A DNA stretch of 64,000 bases from a virus: positions 1-64,000 of the IMG/VR virus record IMGVR_UViG_3300028585_000019. One strand, given 5' to 3'. The translations under genes and the position numbers were made by a program. This document shows positions 8,708 through 20,420 of the stretch, in pieces. Each line of letters starts with the position of its first letter. The stretch's first letter is position 1. Below the pieces are notes generated by a model. The model saw nothing but the letters and a program-made list of their open reading frames with translations. It searched no databases and was not told the origin of the DNA.

Positions 8708-9246
8708 AGTAACTCCTCTGCATAATCAATAATCATTTTAAGGATCACTTCTTTATCCATATTAATGTCCTTACCATCTTCAAAGCGCATCTTATATCCG
8801 TTAGGCCACATGCCTGTGACTGAAATACCAAGTTTGTATCCAGCAACCAACCCTGCAAGGTCAGCACCAGTTTGGCCTCCAGATACTATACGCGACAGTG
8901 GCAGATGTTCATGTACCTTCTTCAAGGTGTTATAAATATATTGATTAATATCTTTCTGTGTAACTCCTTTCGTAGCCAATGTATAAATACCGTTACCAGC
9001 TACATTCACAACTGAGCAATCATGTTTCTTTAGCATAACATACAAAGCCCTTGCTGGATATAGCTCATCCATTCCGTGGAAATAGTCAACCTTAACAATC
9101 TTATCACCAGCAGCTTTCTGTGTAAGCTTCTCTCCTGCTGTGTAGTGATTTACAGCAACAGCAAGCGTAACACCTTGAGAGGCGTTGTGATATGTCCTTG
9201 GTGCATAGCTTGATGATTTATGTTCTTTTAGTTCAATAATACTCAT
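8704..9246 (-). CDS. circularly permuted YpsA/SLOG family protein (MoCo-carrier-like)
   Basis: YAPRTYHNA, VVNVAGN, RIVSGGQTGADLAGL, in permuted order. Confidence 0.75.
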   Translation of the reverse strand: MSIIELKEHKSSSYAPRTYHNASQGVTLAVAVNHYTAGEKLTQKAAGDKIVKVDYFHGMDELYPARALYVMLKKHDCSVVNVAGNGIYTLATKGVTQKDINQYIYNTLKKVHEHLPLSRIVSGGQTGADLAGLVAGYKLGISVTGMWPNGYKMRFEDGKDINMDKEVILKMIIDYAEELL

Positions 9247-9248
9247 TT

Positions 9249-9476
9249 CTAATCCTCCCACCTAATCCAATGTACATCCTTATGTTGTTTCCCTTTCTTA
9301 TCTTTCCACACTACCCATTTAATGTGGTAGCGCTTACCAGATCGTGTCTTCTGATACCCTTGCTCTCGATACACGACACTGTTCCCCTCTTGTGCCCATA
9401 TAGGAAGGATTGGTTTTATCTTAGACAGATGCTTTTCAAATTCAGCATCTGTCATTTGTGAGATGTCTTTAGTCAT
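9249..9476 (-). CDS. hypothetical protein
   Basis: packed operon. Confidence 0.6.
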   Translation of the reverse strand: MTKDISQMTDAEFEKHLSKIKPILPIWAQEGNSVVYREQGYQKTRSGKRYHIKWVVWKDKKGKQHKDVHWIRWED

Positions 9477-10009
9477 CAGTCCCATCGATTCCTACCGGAG
9501 AGTTCTTCAAACCTCTTAAGGAATCGAATCTTTGAGTATTCAGAACTCCAAGGAGAGATGTACAGGCTTGGTACATTAATGTCTTTCAGAAATTCCCAAT
9601 CTTCCGTCTCAGGCATAATATCCCTTTTTTCAGCTTTCAGCAACTGGTAGTCTGCATACTTAACTTCTTTGGGTAAGTATTTTGGCAGACTATACTTTGA
9701 TGCTATAACTTCCCAAAGCTTTTGTTCAATCTCCTTAAACAAAGGAATGGCAACTTTCAAAGGGCTTACCATATCTCCAATGTATGCTTCAGTCGCGTCG
9801 TGCATCAAAGCACAAAAGGCGTAGTCATATGATACAATCTGGCTTACATGGACAGAGTGTTGCGCTACAGAGTAGAATTGATTACAATGTCCACCAAAAC
9901 GCCCAACGTTTGATAAAGAGTGAGCAATATCCCTAATATTGACCATTTGTTCTGTTGTTTCTAGTAAGTTAAACTGAATTCCTGAGTTTGTAATAATCCA
10001 TGGTTCCAT
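9476..10009 (-). CDS. HD-domain 5'-deoxynucleotidase (YfbR/YfdR-like)
   Basis: DIAHSLS..RFGGH..FYSVAQHS, ALMHDATEAYIGDM..P.K, VK.AD. Confidence 0.85.
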   Translation of the reverse strand: MEPWIITNSGIQFNLLETTEQMVNIRDIAHSLSNVGRFGGHCNQFYSVAQHSVHVSQIVSYDYAFCALMHDATEAYIGDMVSPLKVAIPLFKEIEQKLWEVIASKYSLPKYLPKEVKYADYQLLKAEKRDIMPETEDWEFLKDINVPSLYISPWSSEYSKIRFLKRFEELSGRNRWD

Positions 10010-10011
10010 AA

Positions 10012-13000
10012 TCAATCCTCCACCAATTCAATACTATGTTCACTAACAAAATACCCATTAAAATCTTCATCAATTGTAAGATCAGCTTCAGGGTATTTCT
10101 CTTGTGCTTCTTTATAAGCTTTCTCGTTTGCCATTTCATAAAGCTTATCGATTTCTTTACCTGTTAGTGTAGGTTTGTCTTTAAGTGCCTCATCTACTTG
10201 CTCATAATACTTATATTGTAGTTCATGAAGAAGGACTAAAGCTCCATAGTTGACAACAACCGGATTATCTTCAATCCACTTATCTGCTTTCTCTTTAGAT
10301 AGAAATGCTTTAACATTCCATGTACTGTAATCGTCATATTGACCAGAGCTTGCTTGTACAATCCAGATATTCATTCTTCTATCACCTCAAAAACTACACG
10401 AACGCTCTTACCGAGCGGGAAGGTATCTGCACTATCAAAGATACTCAGGGCTTCTGGTGTTTTGTTACGGTAATCATCAAAAGCTGCTTCTAGCACTGTT
10501 AGAAAATCCAGCTTGTTTACAAAGTGCTCATCTGTGAATGTCTTAAGGATAAACTCAGTTTTCATAGATAAACCTCGTGCACAGTCCTAGCCTCTGGTTT
10601 ACGGTCTTTGTGAGATTTGATATCTTTGAGTATAGTCAAAGCCTCTTCATAATTAAAACATACAACGTTTAAATAACCCTCTTCAGTCTCCTGTACAATA
10701 GTCTCCCAGAACAAAAATGTTTTGGTTTGTGGGTAGAACTTATTGCCTTTCTGTATGATTCGATATTTCATTTCTTCTCCCTCCGCTCATCTTTAAAATA
10801 AACACCAAACTCTTCTTGGTTTTTCTCAGCCAACTTTACAAGTTCTTCATAAGACATAGCTTCGAATTCTTCAAGCGTTTTATGCAAAGCTTCCCTGAAC
10901 TCTGGTGAATTATTGCACATTGACCAATTATTCATTTATTTTCTCCCTAGCTAGATATTTAATTTCTCTCACCTCACCAAAATACAACAAGTTCTGCCAA
11001 TAAGGCTTAGATGCACGTCCTTGTGCATAAAATTCATAACACTTCCCATCTTTAATCCATATCCAATGCAATCTACCACACCTATTTCTGATTGTCTTGA
11101 TCTTTACACCATTCCAATCCTTTAGTTTGTGGTATACGGCCATCCAAAGACACCCTGATATGGTTTTCATTTTCTATTTTTGACCCAATGCTCTTCAATA
11201 TATTCTGCAACATTCTTAAATGTTTTGGCAGCGTTATTAAGATGATATACCTCATAGGGTTCAGCTTTAAATGGGTTTTCTTCAAGATGCCTATTCATCT
11301 TATACTTGTAGTCTGCCATAAGTTGATCTGCCATAGAATGTAGAACTTCTTGGGTTGTTTCAATATCTTCTTTACTAATCATTCGTTATCTCCTTGATAT
11401 CTTTTGTAAATCTCATCTGCTTCTTTCAACCATTCAGCATAAGATTCTTGAAATGTGGAACCACCGCCAGCGGCAACCCACCTACTGTACTCTTGAGTTC
11501 CCTCCAAAGGCTCCTTAAAATCTATAACAGCACAAACCCACATTGTTGCGTATTTATCGTACCAAATTGTTGGTTTCATGGGATATCGCTCCAGCCCTGA
11601 ACCATATTAGTACTATAGGTTCCGTAGTTTGAGATATATTTATGTTTCGATTCTGGCCCCTCGTAATAAAGATCGCAAAGAGGAGTGAGGCGTCCTGCCT
11701 CTCTTGCCTGCACAGTCTTAAATATCCCTAATGTGTGTCGGTACTCTTCAACAACATATTCCTGAACATCATCGTAGTACTCACCAAAATCTTTCCAGTT
11801 GATGATTACCTTATTACCTGCTTTCATTTATCCTCCTTAAACATCTTATCAAATTCCTCTTTACTCACCCTGAAAGGACGAACACTGGGGTCTTTATGCA
11901 CATACTTCCAATGATCATAAGGGACATCTCGATAAGCTTTTAGTTGATCAACCACCCCTTGCTCTTTACAAGCTGACATAAGAGATACAGCCTCTTCAAG
12001 AGCTTCTTCTTTAAATGTAGCAATATTCTTATGCCCATTATTCACCACCCACACTGTGATGCGTTCTGGAGTGTCTTCGTTTTCGTATGAGTAGGTCATA
12101 TAAGATTTCCCTTATCAGTCACAAAGTATACCACCCCGTCAACTGTGCAAGTAACCTTTAGGGCTTTAGAATCTCGGTTTAGGTGGATAGTGTTTTTACC
12201 TCCAACATCTGTACAAGCTTTAACTCTAGATTGAACCTGCTCATATGTCAGAAAGTTGCACCCTGCTAGAATTAAACAGCTTGCAAACAATACTAGGTAT
12301 TTCATTATTCAGTCTCCTTATCCAACATATAAAATAATACGCCAACACTAACAACAGAGAAGAGTATAACGTACATCCACACAGGAAGCAAGCTCAATAT
12401 GGTGTATAGGAATGTAATTACACCAACAACACTGGTAATCATTAAGAGAAGACCAAAGGCTGCTATTAGGATTCCTGTCATAAGGCCGATTGTTTTCATG
12501 ATTCTACTCCTTCCAAATTACATCATAATTGCCAATCACTTCAGACAGCTTTGTAATGCTAGGGTAATAAGGCTCATTGTTAACTAAAAAGAATACCCCT
12601 CCGCCATTCATGACAACAAAGCAGTTCTGCGCTGGTAGGTATGGTTTACCACGCTTCTCTGCTTCCCAATAGTCTTCTGTTAGCATAATCTTAAATTTCT
12701 TTCTCATACCTTCTCCTATGGATATTTAATGTACGTGGTTTTTGGTTTTATCTTCTTTGTTTTTACCCTAACAAGATCATCTTGCCGATGAGTCACCTGT
12801 CTAACTATGAAATTATCAATACGTTTCTGAGCGTGTTCTAGCGTCAATACATAATCTTCATCACTTATATCATCTCTAGTTGAGTTCCACAGCCAAAATA
12901 TTCCTGCCCAATACTCTGGGTAGTATTTCACATCTTCACCTTGGGTAACCACTTTAATTCTTGTAGGTGTAAATTCAGGTGTGACTTGATTATCCGCCCA

Positions 13001-13069
13001 CCTATTAATCCATACAACAAAACCAATTGCAGCTAATACAGCGAAAATACATAATAGTACAGTAAACAT
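10012..13069 (-). other. array of about 14 small hypothetical CDS (10012-10374, 10371-10565, 10562-10771, 10928-11170, 11167-11382, 11379-11579, 11576-11827, 11824-12099, 12096-12305 lipoprotein-like LAGC, 12305-12499 membrane, 12504-12707, 12716-13069 membrane)
   Basis: ATGA/TAATG-coupled ORFs with GGAG/AGGA RBS; no recognisable family. Confidence 0.65.
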
Positions 13070-13126
13070 TTTTCATTCTCCTTTTTCAATTGATATAATA
13101 AAGCCCTCAGTGATGAGGGCTTAATA

Positions 13127-13396
13127 TTAAACATTCTTCTTGTGGCTGTCAAGCACTTTCAAAGCCTCTTCCACTTCTTTTTCAATCTGAGCTTGACTTC
13201 TGGATGTCGCTTCCACCCAGACCTCAAAATTAAGCTGAGCAAGCTGCTCATTAGTCATATACGGAAGCCAGATAAGTGTTTGCTTAAATGCTTTGAATGA
13301 TTGAGAAGATGAGCAAGACATCTTACATTGATGTGAATTTCCACATTCAGAGCATTGCAACGAATCTATCTTCTCTTGTCGTGTGTTTTTAGTCAT
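13127..13396 (-). CDS. hypothetical protein with CxxC/HxC motif
   Basis: GAGGAG RBS; CSECGNSHQC; terminator hairpin at about 13101-13122. Confidence 0.6.
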   Translation of the reverse strand: MTKNTRQEKIDSLQCSECGNSHQCKMSCSSSQSFKAFKQTLIWLPYMTNEQLAQLNFEVWVEATSRSQAQIEKEVEEALKVLDSHKKNV

Positions 13397-13817
13397 TGTC
13401 AAGCTCCTCATATTTAAAAACATTAACACCGTGTCCTTTTAAATACTCGATACCAGAGCCATCTCTGTATTCATCCTTATAGTACACCGTTGTGATTCCT
13501 GCGTCAACGATTTCGTGTGAACACCTCAAGCAGCAAGAGTGCGTTACCAGCAGAGTTGCTCCAATAGAAGATTCATTGATTTTTCTGAGCTTGTTGAGAG
13601 CTTGGATTTCTGCATGCAGTACAACATCCGCTTTAGTATTCCCATCATTATCTTCACACTCGTTACTAGCCCATCCCGGAATTGTTCCATTAACACCAAA
13701 TGAGATCGGATTCCCATTCTTGAGTAAGCAGGCACCCACTTTTAAACGCTTAGCTTCAGACGTTTGTGCAAACACTTCTGTCATCTGCATGAAAGCTTTG
13801 AGGTACTTTTCCTTCAT
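13389..13817 (-). CDS. dCMP deaminase
   Basis: RLKVGA, G.NG, HAEIQAL, THSCCLRC, GI..VYY. Confidence 0.9.
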   Translation of the reverse strand: MKEKYLKAFMQMTEVFAQTSEAKRLKVGACLLKNGNPISFGVNGTIPGWASNECEDNDGNTKADVVLHAEIQALNKLRKINESSIGATLLVTHSCCLRCSHEIVDAGITTVYYKDEYRDGSGIEYLKGHGVNVFKYEELDND

Positions 13818-16800
13818 TCTTTACTCATCCAAGATTTATAATGGGCAAAATCCCTGTCAGTCATAAAGCGAATCATATTATTCCCCGGTGTATCATGCAA
13901 GAAGAATCCACCACGCTTACGACTAAATTGAGCCTTAACCGTTTCAACAATTTTAACACTACCAGCAAACAGCATAGTGATAATATCTTCACCTTCTTCT
14001 GTATTCAGAAGCTCTTTAAAGCTCATATCAACAGAACTAAGGTGTTCAAAGATATCTTCTGCTGCTGTATTGTGCATCTTAATCATATTTCGTACAGAGA
14101 TGTATTCTTTCCCAACACAACGAAAACGTGGTTGTTTGAAACGTTGTAGCTTTCCTTCAAGACTATAAACCGCATCATAACCTAGGGCATTACCAAACAA
14201 CACCAAGCTTTGGAGCTGAAGTTCTTCGGTGTTGACAATAGTAAAGTCTTCTTCATTCTCAGTCATTTTGTTTCTCCTTAATATAGTCTTTATACATCAC
14301 TTCCCCATACTCATGAACATATGTAGCTGGATACGCCCCACGACTGCCCTCGTTAACGAAATGATATAGGCAAGTGTACCAACTACCTTTTGGTATTGGT
14401 GTTGTTTTCACCCAATAATGCTTTGGCACAGAATAATCTTCAGGATCAACACCGTACTCAGTCAATTCTTTTACAAAGTCTTCAATCGAGTGGTGACCTT
14501 TACTCATATACATCTTTTCGTCTGGTGAATGACAAGACTCAATTTCAATTGGGTAGGTTTTCATAGACTCTCCTTTAATTTATACACTACTTTGACTTTC
14601 ATAAGCAAATGGGTAGTTTGCACCGTTTACAAGTTTAGTCAGAAGCTCTTTAAATTCGTCAGAAGCTAGAAGAGCATCGTATTCTATAGCTTTTTTAGGT
14701 TTCACTTTACCATAGTACTCAGAGCTTTGTACACCACGAAGCTTGTATAGACAAGAACTAAGATTTAAACTTGCTGGTGGATGAATACTGTCCCTATCAA
14801 TAAAATGTGTACGATAATGTTCATACTTATCAATTAAGACAGTTTCAACACAGCAATAACGAGAATCTTCTTTCCATAGACACTTCACTTTAAAACCTTT
14901 TTCTGTGAAGTAATCTTGAACTTCCAAACGTAGATTGGAAACAGCACCATTTCGTGCTTGATAAAACAGCCTATTAAGAAGTTCATCTTCTTGTTTAATG
15001 GCTTTTAACTTCATAATCTTATCTTCGTAACTCGTGTCATAGTGTAATTTCACAAATCTCTCCTTTAATTTATTTACGACGACTGGCTGTTCCTGTGCAA
15101 GTATAGATACCTGCTTCATTTTTAAATTTAGTCTTTTGCGTCTTACTCGGTATTGCTGAATATTTACCTTTAGGTGGAAAGTCAATATCAATTTGACCCT
15201 GACATTTAACTCTATCCGATGTCTTATAGAAAATGTAATCTCCTGTAGCTATTCGTATGAAGAAACTTCCCGGTGGTACAAACTCATAATCAGAAAACTG
15301 CTCATAACGTACAAATACAGTTTCAATAGGTTTTTCAGGCATCTTTCCTCCGAATGGGGACATTAAACAACTTCTTCATAATAGCGACTTTCATTCTAAG
15401 TCTTTTGTTAGGAAATTTCTTTCCATAAATCTCATCTATAATTTTAAGGCAGTCTCTCAAACCATCCTCATAAGTCTTTTCCATTACTCGCTCCAATAAC
15501 TGACTTCTTCGTCTGCACAATCTGCGGGACCATAAGACAAGTCACCATCAATGCTATCCAAGCAAAGCTCTGCCATATATTGAGACTCTTCTTCATTACA
15601 GCCGTATTTACGAAACTCATTTGCACAAGCATTCAGCCATTCTTGTTTGTTCATTGATATTCTCCTTTGGGTTTATTTCTCTTTCTGTAGCTTTCTTTAC
15701 TTGGAAAATCTTCAAAACAATCTAAACCACTTTCGTAAAAAGATTTGTACTTCTGGTAATCACCCTCTTCCCAATTATAGTACTCTTCTGAGATATCTTC
15801 AAGATAGTTTTCGAAAGACATCACTGAATACCTTTCAAAATTATCTGCTTGTTCCTCATACCTCCAAGCTTTCTGTTGAAGCACATCAAAGTCAAAACTT
15901 CGTTCCAGCTCATGAGGCTTATCCATGTCGTCCATATTGTCCCTAACTACAAGAATATACATTACCCTTCCTTATAATTTCGAGGCGTGCGATCATTTCG
16001 GCGACGGCCATACTCATAATCTTTTTGATCTTTCTCAAAGATTTTCTTGCAATAGTCATCATCTGCCCAATCCAAGTGACAAATCCAACCAGCATTAGGG
16101 TCATTTACTGTAGAAGTCACAATGAATTCGCTGATTTTTGTCTCGCCTTCCTTCCAATGACGAATAACCCTAGAGCCTTTCTTTAGTTTACTGATTTCAA
16201 TCACTTTATCAACCTCCCATTTAAACGATAATGTGTTTAATTTTACCTTTTAACGCAGCATGGTACTTACCCAACAGAAACTCTTCAGTTATCATGGGAG
16301 TCTTACCTGAAACTGAGACGTTTACACCATTGAAGTTAAATTTAATATATGCCAATCCCCATTCAGCAGCTTTAATCTTAGCTTCAAATACGGCGTCAAT
16401 CAGCTCTGTGCCTGCTAGAAAATCTACTGTGAGTTCCATACTCGGACTAACTTCTTTCATGTCTACCTCCTTTTTAACAAAACAATTCTTGAAAAATATC
16501 ATCCACCACTTCTTCTGTCAACATATCATCTGAGCGCAGCGATAGCTGCATCCGTAGATCATAGCTGTGCAACACCTCATTATAATCAATCCCGTGTTGT
16601 TCTGCACGGAGAAGACAATATTCTGTAGCTTCTTGTTTAGTCATAACTAGTCCTCAGAAGATTTCATTGAAAAGCTCCATTAAGCTTTCTTCATCCCAAT
16701 CTTCCAATTGTTCAACCTTCTCTTTTAGTTCTGAAACATAGGGGTTGATTTGAATTTCGTCATATCCCAATTCAAGTGCTTTATTGATTAGGAAGCTAAG

Positions 16801-17025
16801 TGCTTTTTCTGTAGTCATAAATTCTCCTTAAATACTCATCGGAATGCAAGAGGTGGAGTAGCTGATTCGGAAGTCTCGATAAGTGGTTGGAAAGTTTAGC
16901 TTTTTAGAAGCATTCACACAAGCTTGTTCTGTAGTGAAGCCGGGAATAGATTCTGTGTTAACCGAACCACCGGAGCGATAATCTGAACCTGAGAGAGCTG
17001 TGATAATAATCAAAGTATAAAGCAT
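13814..17025 (-). other. array of hypothetical CDS (13814-14266, 14259-14564, 14580-15053, 15070-15342, 15335-15484, 15651-15962, 15962-16204, 16221-16460, 16828-17025 secreted Cys-containing peptide, plus shorter ORFs)
   Basis: coupled ORFs with RBS; no function recognised. Confidence 0.6.
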
Positions 17026-17078
17026 TTGTTTCTCCTTATTGGAGAGTAGAATGGGCTACTCTCCTTGTTGTGTTGATT

Positions 17079-17714
17079 TTAGTTGTTTAGGGAAGTGGTG
17101 TCAAGGGTTTCTTCTGATGGTTCTTCAGGGTGCTCCTCTTCCCACTCAAGCTTTCGCATCTCTTGCACGAGAGCCCAACGTTCCCGCATTTGTTCATCAT
17201 CTAGCCACAATTGACGACCCTGAAGAATTTCCTCGATTTCCTGTTTACTCAAGTAGTGCTTGTAAACCTCCCGCAGAAATTTTTCAGTTTGCCGTGCTGT
17301 AAATTCTACATGTGCCTTGATATCAGAGCCAGTACCAGCAGAGCCATATGATACGTTATGGTTCAGGTTACTTGCAAATGGTTTTACTTCAATATCATCA
17401 CACGAAAGTGCAATCATTGCGGCACTAGAATGACAAGCCCCTTCGATAACAGCAATCACCGGACAGTTAGCCTCAGAGATGGCATTTCTGAACGCTACTC
17501 CAGAAGACATATGCCCTCCATCACTATTAATGATCAGTCGAACCAAATCTTGCTCTTGTGCTGTTCGGAGAACATGGAATGCATCTCGATAGTAGCTAGG
17601 TTCACAAATATCCTCATCTAGAATGATATCGTAGACATTCTGCACATGTGTGTAAGTTTCTTGAAGTACTTGACATTGTTGCTCTGGGATTAGTGGAAAC
17701 ATTTCTTCTTTCAT
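17079..17714 (-). CDS. ClpP-like serine protease
   Basis: INSDGG, EGACHSSAAMI (catalytic Ser), LNH, GRQLWLD. Confidence 0.8.
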   Translation of the reverse strand: MKEEMFPLIPEQQCQVLQETYTHVQNVYDIILDEDICEPSYYRDAFHVLRTAQEQDLVRLIINSDGGHMSSGVAFRNAISEANCPVIAVIEGACHSSAAMIALSCDDIEVKPFASNLNHNVSYGSAGTGSDIKAHVEFTARQTEKFLREVYKHYLSKQEIEEILQGRQLWLDDEQMRERWALVQEMRKLEWEEEHPEEPSEETLDTTSLNN

Positions 17715-17724
17715 TGTTTACTCC

Positions 17725-18858
17725 TTAGTCTGTGATTTCAACTTCATATTTCAGAAGAGCTTGGTAAGCTCGACGATCAATAATGTTCTTATACTTTTCT
17801 GCAAGCTTTTTAGCAAGACCCTCCTTGTGTGTTTTATAAGCCGCAAATGCATCTTCAATACTACTAAAACTCCCTAAGCAGACATTCTTACCATCCTCTC
17901 GGGCCTGCGTCCGAAAATAGGGCGTCCCGTCATACTTATAAGCTATATCAACTCCTATTGGTAAGTCATTCATCCGTTTACGTTTAACGAACCCGTTAAT
18001 TTCTCTTGGTAGGTAACAGCAAGCTTCAGGTCTATAAACAGTATTACCTTTAATTAGCAGATCTTTTTCTAAGTGCCATGTTTTCTCTTTAAACCCAACC
18101 TGTTCAACTGCCCACGCCGCGAAGTTCTGAAAACACTTCCACTCATCGCAAACCTCCTTATCTTGGTAAGAGTTTAAATTCTGTGCAGGGACATAGCAAC
18201 GTTTGATCATACTATTCCAGTTTTCATACTCTTTTACGTGTCTTTCAGCACCCTTTTCTTTTGCAATGAATTTTCCAACACCAAAATAACCAACACCCGC
18301 TACAGAACGAAAGAACGGATTAGAATATCCTCCGTCGGCAAAGTTGCTGTAGTGTGTTTCAAAATTGTTTCTGCTTTCTATATCTCTAAGTAAAACAACG
18401 TTTCGGTCTATTCCGAGGAGTTCGACTGAAGAGCCTTCTTTATTCTTAAAAACTTGGCCCCAATAATATGTTCCGTAATGTGTACCACAACTTCCACAGT
18501 TATAAATAGACTTATTAGACAGTTGAGCCGGTCTTACAAGTACCTTGTTTCCACACAAGCAATCACAGTTCCACCTTAAGCCTTCTGAAGTTCTATGTGA
18601 TTCAGTGGCAGTAAGCCTCCCAAAAGTCATACCAGTATAGTCATTCTTAAGTGTTGACTCTCTTGGGCAAAGACCACAACTCTTTTGTTGCAGTCCTCGG
18701 ACATCTTGCCAAGCCTTTTCTACAGTATTTCCACACTCACATAGAACTTTCACCATTCTCTTCATCTTACCATTCGGGTGATTAAGATGTTGAACCTCCT
18801 CTAATACTGTTAATTTACTATACTTATTACCAAAAGGTATCTGACTGAGTACTCCCAC
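17725..18858 (-). CDS. HNH homing endonuclease with Zn-ribbon repeats and AP2-like C-terminus
   Basis: CECG/SCG repeats, WNSMIKRCY, VCDEWKCFQNF, LEKDLL..GN.VY.PE.C, LPIGV, LGSF...A..AY. Confidence 0.85.
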   Translation of the reverse strand: MGVLSQIPFGNKYSKLTVLEEVQHLNHPNGKMKRMVKVLCECGNTVEKAWQDVRGLQQKSCGLCPRESTLKNDYTGMTFGRLTATESHRTSEGLRWNCDCLCGNKVLVRPAQLSNKSIYNCGSCGTHYGTYYWGQVFKNKEGSSVELLGIDRNVVLLRDIESRNNFETHYSNFADGGYSNPFFRSVAGVGYFGVGKFIAKEKGAERHVKEYENWNSMIKRCYVPAQNLNSYQDKEVCDEWKCFQNFAAWAVEQVGFKEKTWHLEKDLLIKGNTVYRPEACCYLPREINGFVKRKRMNDLPIGVDIAYKYDGTPYFRTQAREDGKNVCLGSFSSIEDAFAAYKTHKEGLAKKLAEKYKNIIDRRAYQALLKYEVEITD

Positions 18859-18869
18859 GTATCCTCCAA

Positions 18870-19613
18870 TTATTTAATTCCTAGTTCTTTTTCTTTAGCC
18901 TTGACCATAGCCTTAGTTAGATTACTACGGACAATATCATCGCTTGTTGCCTTAATGATTTTAATGTGTTCCTGAAGCTCTGGGTTGTTTTCAACAAACT
19001 TACACAACCAGTCCAAACCACTTTCACCTTTAATATCAGTTTGCAGTCCAGTGCCGTCCCCAATCAAGATTAGTTTACTATTCTCCTCCATCCGAGTGAT
19101 CATAGTATACAACTCTTCCTTAGTCATGCACTGTAGTTCGTCAATGATCATGCATCCGGAGACAGACCGGCCTCTGCTGTACTCAGGCGCCAGCAGCTCA
19201 ATACTACCATTCGCAAGACAGTTCTCGTAATAAGACTTACCATATCGGTTCCACATAACTTCAAGAAGCGGCATCAAGAATGGCTCATACTTTTGTTGAA
19301 GCGTATTAGGCAACATACCCAGAGAACGTCCCATAGGAATTACTGCACGAGATAGTACAAGTTTGTCAATCAAGCCCTTTTTAAGCCAATCAGAAGCTTC
19401 GCACATTGTCAAAAATGACTTACCGACCCCTGCTGGGGCTACAAACGCCACGACTTTGTACTGAGCAAGTGCAGCAAGGAACTCTTTTTGTACAGCAGTC
19501 TTAGCCTGAACAGGCGGTTTTACTTCTTGCTCAAACTTCTCTTTAACGACTCGGCCAATAGAGTCTTTTTTATCCCAGCGAGCAGTTACAACATCATGTT
19601 GATTACGCTTCAT
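18870..19613 (-). CDS. phoH: PhoH-family ATPase
   Basis: APAGVGKS, LGMLP, Y.RGRS, IIDELQ, TR..E.SK....GD..Q.D, DIVRS. Confidence 0.9.
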   Translation of the reverse strand: MKRNQHDVVTARWDKKDSIGRVVKEKFEQEVKPPVQAKTAVQKEFLAALAQYKVVAFVAPAGVGKSFLTMCEASDWLKKGLIDKLVLSRAVIPMGRSLGMLPNTLQQKYEPFLMPLLEVMWNRYGKSYYENCLANGSIELLAPEYSRGRSVSGCMIIDELQCMTKEELYTMITRMEENSKLILIGDGTGLQTDIKGESGLDWLCKFVENNPELQEHIKIIKATSDDIVRSNLTKAMVKAKEKELGIK

Positions 19614-19632
19614 TAAATTACCCCTTCTTCAG

Positions 19633-20190
19633 TTAATAAAACCAGCTGTCTTCTACTTCTTTATCCCAAACATCCATCACCGTCCTATCTACCCAATTAC
19701 TGCCATTCAAATAAGAATATCTAACATACATTCCATTAATCAAATAATCCTCCGTAGTAAGTGTTTCATTTTGGTATGTTCTGATTGCTTTTAATCCCTC
19801 CGTGTCAGATAAGTATGTGTCAAAGCTTATCATTTGTCATTCCTCTTTAGATTCTGCATCTTCTAATGCACACCGAAGGGCATCATTCAAAGAACACCCA
19901 CCATTGTAGAATCGTACATGTACAGAAATACTTCCATCTTCATTAAGCTCACCCGCGCTGCCGATGGCGAAGAAATCATCTACATCTTGTTGCTCCTGAA
20001 GATCAGTCGTATAAATATCACCATCAATAATTACAAAACCGTCTTTATAACTAAGATCAGACAGAGCATCTTCCCAGTCACTATAGTAATCCTTTAACTC
20101 AGTGACACCATAATACTCTTTACATAATTGTTCTGCTGTTTTATCTATAACACGCTTTAGTGTGCCTTTCCAGTGTTCATATTCACTCAC
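19633..20190 (-). other. two hypothetical CDS (19633-19833, 19837-20190)
   Basis: coupled ORFs with RBS. Confidence 0.6.
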
Positions 20191-20420
20191 AACTTCCCCT
20201 CCACATATTTAACCAACGAATGAAAATTATCCTCATGTACATCAATCTCATGGAAATCTAATTCTACTCCCAACTGGTCTTCAATCTCACTCAGAGTTTC
20301 CACCATATCAATAGATTCTAGTCCATTAGAAGTAAAAGATTCGTTAGGATTATATTCATCTTCACTCAACCCATTCTCTTCTAGGATGGCTTGCAGAACA
20401 ATTTGTTCAATCTTATTCAT
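20187..20420 (-). CDS. acyl carrier protein homolog
   Basis: 77 aa, very acidic, F..NGLESIDMVE.L..IED..GV.L matches the LG.DSLD.VE phosphopantetheine motif. Confidence 0.75.
   Translation of the reverse strand: MNKIEQIVLQAILEENGLSEDEYNPNESFTSNGLESIDMVETLSEIEDQLGVELDFHEIDVHEDNFHSLVKYVEGKL

Noticed and set aside
9476-10009. DatZ and a Z-genome (2-aminoadenine) pathway
   Set aside because: No purZ or mazZ appears in the window, and an adenine MTase is present; a generic YfbR/YfdR call is safer.
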